Under the pieces are notes generated by a model. It made no database searches. It worked only from the letters and a program-made list of their open reading frames with translations, and had not been told where the DNA came from. A DNA stretch of 43,099 bases, taken from IMG/VR virus record IMGVR_UViG_3300011337_000085, positions 1 through 43,099 of that record. One strand, 5' to 3'. Shown here one piece after another: positions 27,051 through 36,579 of this stretch. Both the position numbers and the translations under genes were made by a program. The first letter of the stretch is position 1. Each line of letters begins with the position of its first letter. Source of the DNA: a virus. Its lineage: Duplodnaviria > Caudoviricetes.

Positions 27051-27608
27051 ATGAAGTTTGATATGAAAATGGTTCTTGAGTACGCTAAAGTATTTGAGGA
27101 GAATTATGATAAGGGCGATCCAGACGCACCCGTTAAGTCCGCACCGGGAACTGTAGCTAAGAAGGGTGGTCAGACTGTCGTGAACGTCTACTTCACCTCT
27201 GAGGAAGATAAACAGAAGTTGATTAATGCTGGTCTGGACTTGAAGCCTATGGGCCATGATCGGATCAAGAAAGGCAATCAAGAGTTTGGTATTGGTGAGT
27301 TTGTCAAAGTAACCCGTGGTTACAAAGAGTTTACCAAAGTTTTCGAGAATAAGAAGGGCGGTACCACTGAGGTAAACTATGGTGGCCTTCCTAAAGTTCT
27401 TGACTACCGTGATCCAGAAGCAAAGAAGCTGTGGTCTGTTGCTGACGACGGTTTCCTTGGCAATGGTACTGAGGCTATTGTCCGCTTCGATATGTACTCT
27501 GATGGTGCTGGTCTTCGTCTTGAGGCACTTGCTATCACTAATCTAGTGGAGTATGAGCAAGGTGACACACGTGAGAAGTCCGAATATGCGGATGTGTGGG
27601 ATACCTAA
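27051..27608 (+). CDS. Single-stranded DNA-binding protein (T7 gp2.5-like)
   Basis: P.V.D...LGNGT...RLEA....LVEY; acidic/aromatic tail; position after polA. Confidence 0.72.
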   Translation: MKFDMKMVLEYAKVFEENYDKGDPDAPVKSAPGTVAKKGGQTVVNVYFTSEEDKQKLINAGLDLKPMGHDRIKKGNQEFGIGEFVKVTRGYKEFTKVFENKKGGTTEVNYGGLPKVLDYRDPEAKKLWSVADDGFLGNGTEAIVRFDMYSDGAGLRLEALAITNLVEYEQGDTREKSEYADVWDT

Positions 27609-27617
27609 GTAACCACT

Positions 27618-27658
27618 CTAGTGTCTCTGGGGGTTTGTTCTGGGGACACTAGCCTTTC
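27618..27658 (+). terminator. Stem-loop after SSB (terminator or processing site)
   Basis: CTAGTGTCTC...GGGGACACTAG followed by CCTTTC. Confidence 0.45.
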
Positions 27659-27679
27659 ACCACAAAAAAAGGAAATGAG

Positions 27680-27940
27680 ATGTCAAAAGGCTCTGTGTCT
27701 ACTCTTACTGTACTTTTTCTTATCCTAGTAACAGTTAGAGTAATCTTTGTACCCCTGTTCTCTGCATTCTTTGGTATAGCCGTTAGCTATCTCTTCCCAG
27801 AAACTACGCAGGCATTTATGCAGTACATTAAGTTTGAGACTGTTGCATTCTGGCAACTTATGCTAATCGTCGGTACTATCAGTATGGTCTGGTCTGTCGG
27901 CTCTCCTCCAAAAACAAACCCAATCGATAAGGTAAAATAA
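27680..27940 (+). CDS. Membrane protein
   Basis: Two to three hydrophobic segments; SD AAGGA. Confidence 0.65.
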   Translation: MSKGSVSTLTVLFLILVTVRVIFVPLFSAFFGIAVSYLFPETTQAFMQYIKFETVAFWQLMLIVGTISMVWSVGSPPKTNPIDKVK

Positions 27941-28137
27941 TGCACATTACTATTAGCTCCGTTCAAGAAATCGACACTGGCGTATCTAACGCTGTAAGCA
28001 TCTCTCAGAGTGGGGTAGAATACCTTGGTGACTTTGCAGAGCTTGTATTGCAGTTTGCACGGGCTGTTGGATATACCTACGTTAAACAAGTCATTCTTGT
28101 GAAAGATGACGGTACTACTGAGGAGACTCTTCGGTGA
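27940..28137 (+). CDS. Hypothetical protein
   Basis: TAATG coupling; F.RA.GY.YV. Confidence 0.65.
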   Translation: MHITISSVQEIDTGVSNAVSISQSGVEYLGDFAELVLQFARAVGYTYVKQVILVKDDGTTEETLR

Positions 28138-28829
28138 TAACAGCTACCTACATCGACCATATGGGGACAGACCTTAGCGTTGTGAATGCAGCACGGGTTA
28201 GCTTTGGTAAGAAGAGTGAACTTGAGGAAGAACATGGGGTATGGAAACTAAAGGATAGTGACGCTAAACTAATAAAGTATCTGTCAAAACATAAACACTA
28301 CTCACCCTTTGGTCACTGCTTTGCTTCCTTCCATGTCAAGGCTCCTATCTTTGTAGCGAGACAGTTGGTGAAGCATAAGTTTCTACGTTGGAATGAGATT
28401 AGTCGTCGCTATGTAGACAATGAACCTGAGTTCTATGTGCCCAAGTTATGGCGTGGTAAGGCAGAGGATAAGAAGCAAGGAAGTGCAGATTGGTCTGTTC
28501 CCTATAACACTTGGCCTCTAATTGTTAGGACAGGGGGGAATACTTACGAAGATGAATGGTCTGACTACAACACTATTGCAGTTGGGATATATAAAGAGTT
28601 ACTAGCTGCAAATATTGCACCTGAACAAGCCCGTATGGTACTACCTCAATCAGCAATGACTGAGTGGTATTGGTCAGGATCACTTGATGCCTTTGCTGAT
28701 ATGTGTAACCTACGTCTTAAGGAAGACACACAATACGAGACACGTCTGGTAGCCCAACAGATCGACAAAGTGATGCAAGAGTTGTACCCGGTAAGTTGGA
28801 AAGCCTTAGTTGGAGATACGATAGGATGA
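28134..28829 (+). CDS. thyX: Flavin-dependent thymidylate synthase
   Basis: VVNAARVSF, H.SPF, PIFVARQL.KH, NEISRRY, EQARMVLP, Q.ETR. Confidence 0.95.
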   Translation: MITATYIDHMGTDLSVVNAARVSFGKKSELEEEHGVWKLKDSDAKLIKYLSKHKHYSPFGHCFASFHVKAPIFVARQLVKHKFLRWNEISRRYVDNEPEFYVPKLWRGKAEDKKQGSADWSVPYNTWPLIVRTGGNTYEDEWSDYNTIAVGIYKELLAANIAPEQARMVLPQSAMTEWYWSGSLDAFADMCNLRLKEDTQYETRLVAQQIDKVMQELYPVSWKALVGDTIG

Positions 28830-29161
28830 ACCAGATGGAAGATAACTTCGGAACAGAAGCGTACAAACTCCGTAGAAAAGCTAGCCCAGAGACAAGTGTA
28901 GAGGCGTCAGGGTCTGTTGACACCACCAAACTAGAAAAGCTGGTGTACAAAACAATCCTAGATTTTGGTGATGGGGGTTGTATCGCTGACGACGTATTAG
29001 CAAAATACCCCAGTTACCCCTACAGTTCTTTGACTGCCCGTTTTTCAGCCCTTGAGAAAAAAGGGTATATTATTCGAAACGGGGACAAAAGAAAAGGACG
29101 GTCTGGGAAAAATCAAGCTGTAATGCGAGGGACAAGTTTGAAAGCCTTAGTGCATGGATAA
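28826..29161 (+). CDS. Winged-helix DNA-binding protein
   Basis: P.TS.EA; R.S.L.KKG.I...G.KR.GRSG..Q.V. Confidence 0.65.
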   Translation: MNQMEDNFGTEAYKLRRKASPETSVEASGSVDTTKLEKLVYKTILDFGDGGCIADDVLAKYPSYPYSSLTARFSALEKKGYIIRNGDKRKGRSGKNQAVMRGTSLKALVHG

Positions 29162-29867
29162 GCCTGAAATTGTTAATACTCTCTTAGTGGATGGAGATAT
29201 TATTGCGTATCGTGCTGCTTTCTCTGTAGGCGACTTGGGCTATCCTTGGGAAGTAGAGGCTAAAGTAGACGATCTGATGGACTACGTTATCGGGGAAACC
29301 CTTGTGTTCTCCAATGGCAGTGACTACACAACGTATCTAACGGGAAAGAATAACTTTCGTTATGACATCGCTGTGACTGCTGAGTACAAGGGCAACCGAA
29401 AGGCTTCTACTAAACCTGCTATGCTATCTGATGCCAGACGTTACCTAGTCGAAAGTTATCGTGGTCGTGTTACCAATGGTCAAGAAGCAGATGATGCTAT
29501 TGCTATTGAGGCTACAAAGAATGACCCAGAGACAACTGTAGTTGCTTCTGTAGATAAAGATATGCTACAGATACCTTGTTGGCACTTTAATTTTGTCACT
29601 GGGGCTTGGACGTTTGTTGATGGGCCATCTGGTAGAAAGGCTTTCTATAAGCAAATCCTAACTGGTGATACGGCAGATAACATCAAAGGTATCTTTCGGG
29701 TTGGTCCTGTGAAAGCAGATAAAATCCTTGAGGGACTAACGGAAGAGAAGGAACTATATGAAGCTGTAGTTAAAGCTTACGAGGGCAATACGGATCGTGT
29801 ACTAGAGAATGCTAGGCTCTTGTGGTTGCGTAGGGAAGAGGGGCAGATGTGGCAACCCCCAGAGTAA
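29154..29867 (+). CDS. 5'-3' exonuclease (T7 gp6 / FEN-like)
   Basis: DGDIIAY, NFR, YKGNR, EADD, DKD, GDTADNI.G...VGP..A. Confidence 0.92.
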   Translation: MDKPEIVNTLLVDGDIIAYRAAFSVGDLGYPWEVEAKVDDLMDYVIGETLVFSNGSDYTTYLTGKNNFRYDIAVTAEYKGNRKASTKPAMLSDARRYLVESYRGRVTNGQEADDAIAIEATKNDPETTVVASVDKDMLQIPCWHFNFVTGAWTFVDGPSGRKAFYKQILTGDTADNIKGIFRVGPVKADKILEGLTEEKELYEAVVKAYEGNTDRVLENARLLWLRREEGQMWQPPE

Positions 29868-30253
29868 CAAGTGTAAGGGCAAGGGCCATCAAGAATGGCT
29901 ATCGGTCTGGCCTTGAAGAAAAGATTGCCAAACAACTTGAGGAAGCTGGGGTTCACTTTGACTACGAGAAGCTAAAGGTTCCCTACGAACTAGCAGAGAC
30001 ACGTAAGTATACTGTAGACTTCCAGCTTCCCAATGGCATTATCGTAGAGACCAAAGGACTATTTAAGACTGAGGATCGAAAGAAACACCTCTTGATCCAG
30101 AAACAACATCCAGAGTTAGACATTCGCTTTGTCTTCTCTAATGCTAGGGCTAAGTTGTATAAAGGCTCTAAGACCACATATTCTACTTGGTGCGATCAGT
30201 ACGGGTTCAAATGGGCCGACAAAGTAATCCCTACAGAATGGATCAATGAATGA
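29849..30253 (+). CDS. T7 endonuclease I-like resolvase
   Basis: GYRSGLE, YT.DF.LPNGIIVETKG, DIRFVF. Confidence 0.93.
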   Translation: MATPRVTSVRARAIKNGYRSGLEEKIAKQLEEAGVHFDYEKLKVPYELAETRKYTVDFQLPNGIIVETKGLFKTEDRKKHLLIQKQHPELDIRFVFSNARAKLYKGSKTTYSTWCDQYGFKWADKVIPTEWINE

Positions 30254-30624
30254 AAGACTCTATCTTCTTCCGAATTGGATACTTCTTTGATAAGGCTTCT
30301 GATTGGGCTTTCCAACAAGTATCTGACGACTACCTGACTTTCAAAGAATCTAAGATTGATCGTGAGACTGAAGATCGTATGTCTCAGATGGGACTAACTA
30401 AGATCACAATCTACCATGTGAACCAAGGCCCTATCCACCGTGATAGTATCCCAGATGATGAAGGACTACCGGATGGTCTTGATTGGCTATTGGAAGTCAA
30501 ATGTCGTATGAATGACGATACAGGTATTGTAGATATCCCACTCTGGTTTGACAGCTTTAATGAGGCTTACGCAATCGTCAACCACTTCTACAATGATGTA
30601 GAACCTAAGGTGATTTATATCTAA
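30250..30624 (+). CDS. Hypothetical protein
   Basis: Coupled ORF. Confidence 0.65.
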   Translation: MKDSIFFRIGYFFDKASDWAFQQVSDDYLTFKESKIDRETEDRMSQMGLTKITIYHVNQGPIHRDSIPDDEGLPDGLDWLLEVKCRMNDDTGIVDIPLWFDSFNEAYAIVNHFYNDVEPKVIYI

Positions 30625-31391
30625 TGACAACTAACAAATCAAAAGTACTTATGGTTGACCTAGAGTTAGCACCAAACGTTGCTTATGTCTGGGGAAAGTG
30701 GAAGCAGAATATTGGAGACGAAATGTTTGTCTCTAAGTCTTTCATCCTCTCCTTCACAGCAAAGTGGTTGGGTGATCCCAAGATCATCTACAAAGAGAAC
30801 CGTAATGGGGCAAATGACAAGGCTATTGTTCAAGAACTATATGATCTACTAGATGAAGCAGACGTTGTAGTTGCCCACAATGGTAAAGACTTTGATCTTC
30901 CTATTGCACTGACTAGGGGTCTAGTACATAACTTACCACCACCAAGCCCCTACCATGTTGTAGATACCCTAAAGTCTGCCCGTAGTCACTTCCGCTTCCT
31001 GAGCAATAAACTATCGGCCTTGTGTGAAGAACTAGGACTTGCACCAAAAGGTAAGCACAAGAAGTTTCCGGGCTTTGAGTTGTGGCGACAGTGCTTGGCT
31101 AATAATGAAGAAGCATGGGAAGAGATGAAAGAGTACAATGTTCAGGATGTGATTAGTCTTGAGGCTCTGTACCTTCGTATATTGCCTTACATTGGTGGTC
31201 ATCCTAATGTAGACCTATCGGATGGTGAAGAACTGATCTGTCCCAAGTGCGCCTCTAATGCTATCCAGAAACGTGGAATATATACGTCTTCTGTAGGTGT
31301 GATCTATCAGCGGTTTGTCTGTAAGTCTTGTGGGACTTGGAGCCATGATAAGTCATCTACTAGAGGCGGTTCAATCAGTAGGAACTTCTAG
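30624..31391 (+). CDS. DnaQ / RNase H-like 3'-5' exonuclease with C-terminal zinc ribbon
   Basis: D.E, AHNG..FD, DTL, YN.QDV, CPKC...CKSC. Confidence 0.85.
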   Translation: MTTNKSKVLMVDLELAPNVAYVWGKWKQNIGDEMFVSKSFILSFTAKWLGDPKIIYKENRNGANDKAIVQELYDLLDEADVVVAHNGKDFDLPIALTRGLVHNLPPPSPYHVVDTLKSARSHFRFLSNKLSALCEELGLAPKGKHKKFPGFELWRQCLANNEEAWEEMKEYNVQDVISLEALYLRILPYIGGHPNVDLSDGEELICPKCASNAIQKRGIYTSSVGVIYQRFVCKSCGTWSHDKSSTRGGSISRNF

Positions 31392-31921
31392 TGGGCAAAC
31401 GTAGTGATTTTGAGAAGGTACCTAAGGACTTCTACCCAACAACTGATCCTAAAGCAACAGAACCACTTGTCCCTTTCATTAGGGGCAATACTTACGCAGA
31501 GCCTTGCTATGGTAACGGTGACTTGGAAGACCTTTTGATGGATGTAGCTACATGCAAGTGGCGTAGTGACGTAAGAGAGACTGTTAGTAGTTCTAAGGTT
31601 ATGGATGCTTTGTCCTTGACTAAAGAAGATTTGACTGATATTGATCTGATTGTGACTAATCCACCGTTCACCAGAAGTATCCTAATGCCTATGCTAGACC
31701 ACTTTATTACGTTGAAACCTACTTGGCTTCTATTGCCTGCTGACTACATGCACAATGTCTACTTTGGTGAGGCTATGAGTAAGTGCCAAAGGGTAGTCTC
31801 TGTAGGAAGACTTAAGTGGATCAAGGGTAGCAAACATACTAGTGTAGATAACTTTTGTTGGTACTTCTGGCCACAGTGGTCAAAACATGAAACAACAATG
31901 TTCAAAGGAAGAACTAAGTGA
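31391..31921 (+). CDS. Amino (m6A/m4C) DNA methyltransferase
   Basis: DFYPT, EPC.GNG (SAM motif), VTNPPF. Confidence 0.82.
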   Translation: MGKRSDFEKVPKDFYPTTDPKATEPLVPFIRGNTYAEPCYGNGDLEDLLMDVATCKWRSDVRETVSSSKVMDALSLTKEDLTDIDLIVTNPPFTRSILMPMLDHFITLKPTWLLLPADYMHNVYFGEAMSKCQRVVSVGRLKWIKGSKHTSVDNFCWYFWPQWSKHETTMFKGRTK

Positions 31922-31962
31922 TTGACTTTCAAATCTTACCAGAACCCCAGAAAGGGAATACT

Positions 31963-32130
31963 ATGCTACAACCTGCAATCCTTGCTATTGTACGTCAGGC
32001 TTTGACTATTGTTGGTACTGCTCTAGTCGCTAAAGGCTACATTGAAGCCTCTGATTTAGAGCCTATCGTTGGTGCTGTCTTGACACTGAGTTCAATCGTA
32101 TGGTCCGTTCTGGATAAAAGAAATCGTTAA
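31963..32130 (+). CDS. Small two-TM protein, putative holin (Pam3 gp28-like)
   Basis: IVRQALT..G..LVAKG...VGA......WS..DK; SD AAGGG before MLQP. Confidence 0.6.
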   Translation: MLQPAILAIVRQALTIVGTALVAKGYIEASDLEPIVGAVLTLSSIVWSVLDKRNR

Positions 32131-32156
32131 TCCTGTCTTACTCGTGGGAGAACAAG

Positions 32157-32561
32157 ATGAAACCGAAAATTGAGTTCAATACTGTGGATGGTTGGAGTTA
32201 CTTTGATTTGGTAGCCCAAAAGACGCCTACAGAAATGGTTAAAGAATATGCTCGTGTTAGTGGACAAGCCCCTGATGTAGCACTATACCAAAAACTTATG
32301 GAAGAAGAGTTTGATGAGTGGGCAGAGGAAATTGTTGTAAAAGATACTGCTGCGGAACTTAAAGAACTAGCAGACCTCTTGTATGTTATCTACGGTTATG
32401 CTAATGCTCGTGGTTGGGATGTAGAAGATGCATTGCAGCGTGTCCACCGTAATAACATGGGACGTATGTATCAGCCTGATGGTACGATCAAACGTAGAGT
32501 AGACGGTAAGATTGAGAAGAATAAGGCTTATCCAAAGGTTGACTTGAGTGATCTGGTATGA
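32157..32561 (+). CDS. MazG-like NTP pyrophosphohydrolase
   Basis: EEFDE...KELADLLYV.YG...VH.NNM...R.DGK..K. Confidence 0.85.
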   Translation: MKPKIEFNTVDGWSYFDLVAQKTPTEMVKEYARVSGQAPDVALYQKLMEEEFDEWAEEIVVKDTAAELKELADLLYVIYGYANARGWDVEDALQRVHRNNMGRMYQPDGTIKRRVDGKIEKNKAYPKVDLSDLV

Positions 32562-32722
32562 CAGTACAAGAACTTATTGACAAACTTAACACTATTAAGG
32601 ATAAAGAGAAACCAGCAGTCATATCCGCATGGTCTATTGGTAATCCCTTCCGTACTGTTAAAGAGATACAAACTAACATGCTTGTGGATCAACCACATAA
32701 ACTTAACATCCTATCGGAGTAA
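32558..32722 (+). CDS. Hypothetical protein (54 aa, MTVQELIDKL...)
   Basis: ATGA coupling; fills the gap to RNR; absent from the ORF track. Confidence 0.65.
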   Translation: MTVQELIDKLNTIKDKEKPAVISAWSIGNPFRTVKEIQTNMLVDQPHKLNILSE

Positions 32723-32724
32723 CA

Positions 32725-33729
32725 ATGAACAACCACTTGCCTACAGATTATCAAGCCTTCATTCACACATCGCGTTATGCCCGTTGGATTGAGGAAGAGA
32801 ACCGTCGTGAGACTTGGGCTGAGACTGTTGGACGCTATATTACCAACGTGATCCCAAATGGCACTAACCATAAAGTTTGCTTTGATATCGAACAAGCTAT
32901 CCTTGGGCTTGAGATTATGCCATCAATGCGTGCACTTATGACTGCTGGTCCTGCTTTGGAACGTGACAACACTGCTGGCTACAACTGCTCGTATCTACCT
33001 GTCGATGACCCTAAGTCTTTCGATGAGGCTATGTTCATCCTTCTGTGTGGTACTGGTGTAGGCTTCTCTGTAGAACGTCAGTACATCAGCAAACTACCAG
33101 AAGTCCCTGAGCAGATGTTCAAGAGTGATACTGTTGTTGTAGTTAAGGATAGCAAGGAGGGTTGGGCTAAAGCACTACGTCAAGTTATTAGTCTTCTTTA
33201 TGCTGGTGAGATTCCTCAGTGGGACGTATCTAAGGTTCGCCCTGCTGGTGCTAAACTCAAGACCTTCGGTGGTCGTGCTTCTGGTCCTGCCCCTCTAGTG
33301 GAGTTGTTTAACTTCACTGTAAATACTTTTGTGAATGCTAAAGGTCGGCGGTTGTCTTCTATCGAATGTCATGACCTTATGTGTAAGATTGGTGAGGTTG
33401 TAGTTGTTGGTGGTGTACGTCGATCTGCAATGATTAGCCTATCAAACCTATCAGATGATCGTATGCGTCATGCTAAGTCTGGTAGTTGGTGGGAAGGTCA
33501 GAAGCAACGGGCATTGGCTAATAACTCTGTAGCCTATACTGAGAAGCCTGATATGGAAACCTTCATGCGTGAATGGTTGTCTTTGGTTGAAAGCAAGTCT
33601 GGTGAACGAGGTATCTTCTCTCGTCCTGCTAGTAAGAAACAAGCAGCTAAGAATGGAAGACGTGATGCGAGCTATGACTTCGGTACTAACCCTTGTTCGG
33701 AAATTATTCTTCGGCCCTACCAATTCTGT
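32725..33729 (+). CDS. nrdJ: Class II (B12-dependent) ribonucleotide reductase, exon 1
   Basis: SRYARW, PSMR, YNC, GTGVG, GGVRRSA, TNPCSEI...QFC. Confidence 0.92.
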
Positions 33730-34446
33730 TAATTAGATGGCAGAAGTAAAACAAGGTGAATTGCTGGGAAGCCTAAGTGCATAGCATATGGTAATCAGCA
33801 GCCAAGCCCATCAGGGATGATGTGGAAGGTTCAACGACTAGGACGAGAGACTAGACCAGTCAATAATGTCCATACACCCAAGCGGGTGGAAGTGCCTTGC
33901 CCCTATTGACATTAGGGTGATGATATAGTCTGATCTGCATGGAAACTTGCAGGAGAATGGAGTTATGATGAAGCGTAATCGTGAAGGCAACCTTGTTGGT
34001 GATGTTACTCGTGAATGCTCTAGTAGTGTTTGCAATAGCATCTTTACTATCACAAGTAAGACGGTTACGCTTTGCCCACATTGTAATTCTGAGCGTGTTA
34101 AGTCTGCTGCCCCTGAAAAAAGAATGCTTGCCAGAGCAAAAGCAAGGGCTAAAGAACGTGGGCATGAGTTTAACTTAGAACTCTCGGATATCCACATCCC
34201 AACCCACTGCCCAGTCTTGGGTATTGAACTTGTTGCTCACAAAGGTCGATCTGGGGGAAACCCTAATAGTCCAGCTCTTGATCGTGTTGACAATAATAAG
34301 GGTTACGTGAAAGGCAACATAATGGTTGTTTCTCACCGTGCAAACATGATGAAGGTTGATGCTTCCCCAGAAGAATTGATTAAGTTTGCAGAATGGGTCT
34401 TAACAAGCTACCGCTGATATCTAGCGACTATCGGTGAACATAAATG
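33730..34446 (+). mobile_element. Group I self-splicing intron (IA-like), 717 nt
   Basis: Exon ends in U, intron ends in G; P1 TTCTGT/GCAGAA; P4 TTGCTG/CAGCAG; P3 CAAGGTG/TGCCTTG; P7 GACTA/TAGTC; removal restores QFC-NLTEV. Confidence 0.93.
33965..34417 (+). CDS. Intron-encoded HNH-type (bba-Me) homing endonuclease
   Basis: CPVLG...SPALDRVDN.KGY.KGN..V.S.RAN..K; N-terminal Cys pairs; SD GGAG; lies 3' of P7/P9. Confidence 0.8.
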   Translation: MMKRNREGNLVGDVTRECSSSVCNSIFTITSKTVTLCPHCNSERVKSAAPEKRMLARAKARAKERGHEFNLELSDIHIPTHCPVLGIELVAHKGRSGGNPNSPALDRVDNNKGYVKGNIMVVSHRANMMKVDASPEELIKFAEWVLTSYR

Positions 34447-35355
34447 AATCTTACAGAGGTCGTGGTTCGATCTACAGACACACTTGAAGACTTGGAAAGG
34501 AAAGTAAAACTAGCTACGATCCTTGGGACTATCCAGTCTACGTACACACACTTCCCTTATCTGCGTAAAGTCTGGAAAGATAATACTGAGGCTGAACGTC
34601 TGCTTGGCGTATCCTTGACAGGTATCATGGATAACAAACTACTATCCAACTATTACCACAGTACGGACGGATCACTTCCTGAAATCTTGGAGCATCTTAA
34701 AAATGTCGCTGTTACTACTAACGCTGAGTGGGCTGAACGCCTTGGTATTCCTGTCTCTGCTGCTATTACATGTGTTAAACCCTCGGGTACCGTTTCCCAA
34801 TTGGTTGATAGTGCCAGTGGGATTCATGCTCGTCACTCAGCCTATTATATTCGTACTGTACGTGGTGACAACAAAGACCCTCTGACGCAGTTTATGATTG
34901 ACCAAGGCATTCCAAGTGAACCTTGCGTGATGAAGTCTGATACTACAACTGTCTTTAGCTTCCCACAGAAGTCTCCTGTAGGTGCTATTACTCGTAATGA
35001 TATGACTGCACTGGAGCAGTTGAGCTTGTGGATGGTCTACCAACGTCACTGGTGTGAACATAAGCCTTCTGTCACTATTACAGTTAAGGAGCATGAATGG
35101 ATGGAAGTAGGTGCTTGGGTCTACAAGAACTTTGATGAAGTCTCTGGTGTATCCTTCTTGCCACACTCAGACCACAGTTATCAACAAGCACCCTATCAAG
35201 AGTGTAGTGAACGTGAATACCTTGATGCCCTATCCCTAATGCCTGAACGGATCAACTGGGCTGAACTGAGCAACTACGAGAAAGAAGACACTTCCAAAGG
35301 GACTAGTACTTTTGCTTGTGCTGGTGGTTCTTGTGAAATTGTAGATTTGATCTAA
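34447..35355 (+). CDS. nrdJ: Class II ribonucleotide reductase, exon 2
   Basis: NLTEV, RLLGVS.TG, TCVKPSGTVSQL, HKPSVT, C-terminal CAGGSC. Confidence 0.92.
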   Translation, partial: NLTEVVVRSTDTLEDLERKVKLATILGTIQSTYTHFPYLRKVWKDNTEAERLLGVSLTGIMDNKLLSNYYHSTDGSLPEILEHLKNVAVTTNAEWAERLGIPVSAAITCVKPSGTVSQLVDSASGIHARHSAYYIRTVRGDNKDPLTQFMIDQGIPSEPCVMKSDTTTVFSFPQKSPVGAITRNDMTALEQLSLWMVYQRHWCEHKPSVTITVKEHEWMEVGAWVYKNFDEVSGVSFLPHSDHSYQQAPYQECSEREYLDALSLMPERINWAELSNYEKEDTSKGTSTFACAGGSCEIVDLI

Positions 35356-35360
35356 GAATC

Positions 35361-35582
35361 ATGTTCTACATCATCACTCGTGAGGATTGCCTTTGGTGTG
35401 ACAGAGCCAAAGAAGCACTTAACAATCGGGGGGAGCCTTACGAGGCTTTCCTCTATACAGAACACGCTATGGTCAGAAAACTTATGATCAAGTCGGGTAT
35501 AAAGACTGTACCTCAGATTTGGTATGATGACCAGTATATTGGTGGGTGTACTGAACTGTTCTCTTATTTGGACAAGGGTTAG
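35361..35582 (+). CDS. Glutaredoxin
   Basis: CLWC, TVPQI, YIGG. Confidence 0.92.
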   Translation: MFYIITREDCLWCDRAKEALNNRGEPYEAFLYTEHAMVRKLMIKSGIKTVPQIWYDDQYIGGCTELFSYLDKG

Positions 35583-35585
35583 ATA

Positions 35586-36290
35586 ATGACGTTAGAGAAA
35601 CCACGTGGTAAGCGAGTTACAAAGTACAAGGGAGCAGAAGTAGAATCCATCTCTAAACTATCCCCTATCCTACCACGTAACCCTAACCAGAAGGCTTATG
35701 TAGATGCGCTAAAGACCAGCAATCAGGTCATTGCTCTCGGGCCTAGTGGCACTGGTAAGACTTGGATACCTGTTACTTTTGCTTGTAACCTACTTCTTGG
35801 TCGTAAGATTGATAAGATCATCCTAACCCGTCCAGCAGTCTCTGTAGGTAAGTCTCTAGGCTCTCTGCCGGGAGATATGAACGAGAAGTATGGTCCTTGG
35901 TTGTCACCTCTCCTGACGACTATGGAAGAACAACTAGGAAAGAACAAGGTAGATACAGACATCAAGAACGGGAACATTCGTATGGCTCCCCTAGAGTATA
36001 TGCGAGGGTCTTCCTTCAATGATGCCTTTGTGATCTGCGATGAAGCCCAGAACCTAACTGTTGAAGAGTTTAAGATGCTGGCTACCCGCATTGGTGAGAA
36101 CTGTACCTTTGTGTTGTCAGGGGATATTCGACAGTCTGACATTAAGCAACAGTCTGGCCTATCTAAAGCTATCCATCTAGCTAAGAAATACAATATGAGC
36201 ATCCCTGTCATTGAGTTTGGTGTTGACGACATTGTACGAAGTGATGTATGTAAAGAGTGGATCAAAGCATTCTACACAGAAGGACTATAA
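35586..36290 (+). CDS. phoH: PhoH-family ATPase
   Basis: GPSGTGKT, TRPAV, LPG, MRG.SF, DEAQN, GD..QSD, DIVRS. Confidence 0.95.
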   Translation: MTLEKPRGKRVTKYKGAEVESISKLSPILPRNPNQKAYVDALKTSNQVIALGPSGTGKTWIPVTFACNLLLGRKIDKIILTRPAVSVGKSLGSLPGDMNEKYGPWLSPLLTTMEEQLGKNKVDTDIKNGNIRMAPLEYMRGSSFNDAFVICDEAQNLTVEEFKMLATRIGENCTFVLSGDIRQSDIKQQSGLSKAIHLAKKYNMSIPVIEFGVDDIVRSDVCKEWIKAFYTEGL

Positions 36291-36509
36291 ATGACTGACG
36301 TAGTAAACGAACCTGAACACTACTCAAATGGCAATATCGAATGTATTGACTATCTCAAGGACAATATGTCTTGGGAAGGCTACACAGGTTTCTTAGAGGG
36401 TAATACAAAGAAGTACCTACATCGTTGGCGGTATAAGAAGAAGCCACTGGAAGACCTGCTCAAGGCACGCTGGTATCTTGATCGTCTGATTAATGAACTA
36501 GAAAAATAA
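36291..36509 (+). CDS. DUF3310 (T7 gp1.7-like) protein
   Basis: VN.P.HY....IECID...GN..KY..R...K...EDL.KA.WYL. Confidence 0.88.
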   Translation: MTDVVNEPEHYSNGNIECIDYLKDNMSWEGYTGFLEGNTKKYLHRWRYKKKPLEDLLKARWYLDRLINELEK

Positions 36510-36510
36510 A

Positions 36511-36564
36511 TAAAAAAGCCCCAGAGTCAGGATCAAATGTCCTAGCTCTGGGGCTTTACTTTTT
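36511..36564. terminator. Bidirectional intrinsic terminator
   Basis: AAAGCCCCAGAG...CTCTGGGGCTTT flanked by A and T tracts where the two arms converge. Confidence 0.85.
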
Positions 36565-36579
36565 GTAAAATACGGTAGT

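Noticed and set aside
32725-35355. RNR pseudogene, naturally split enzyme, or intein
   Set aside because: An in-frame stop excludes an intein; group I core helices and exact frame restoration explain the break
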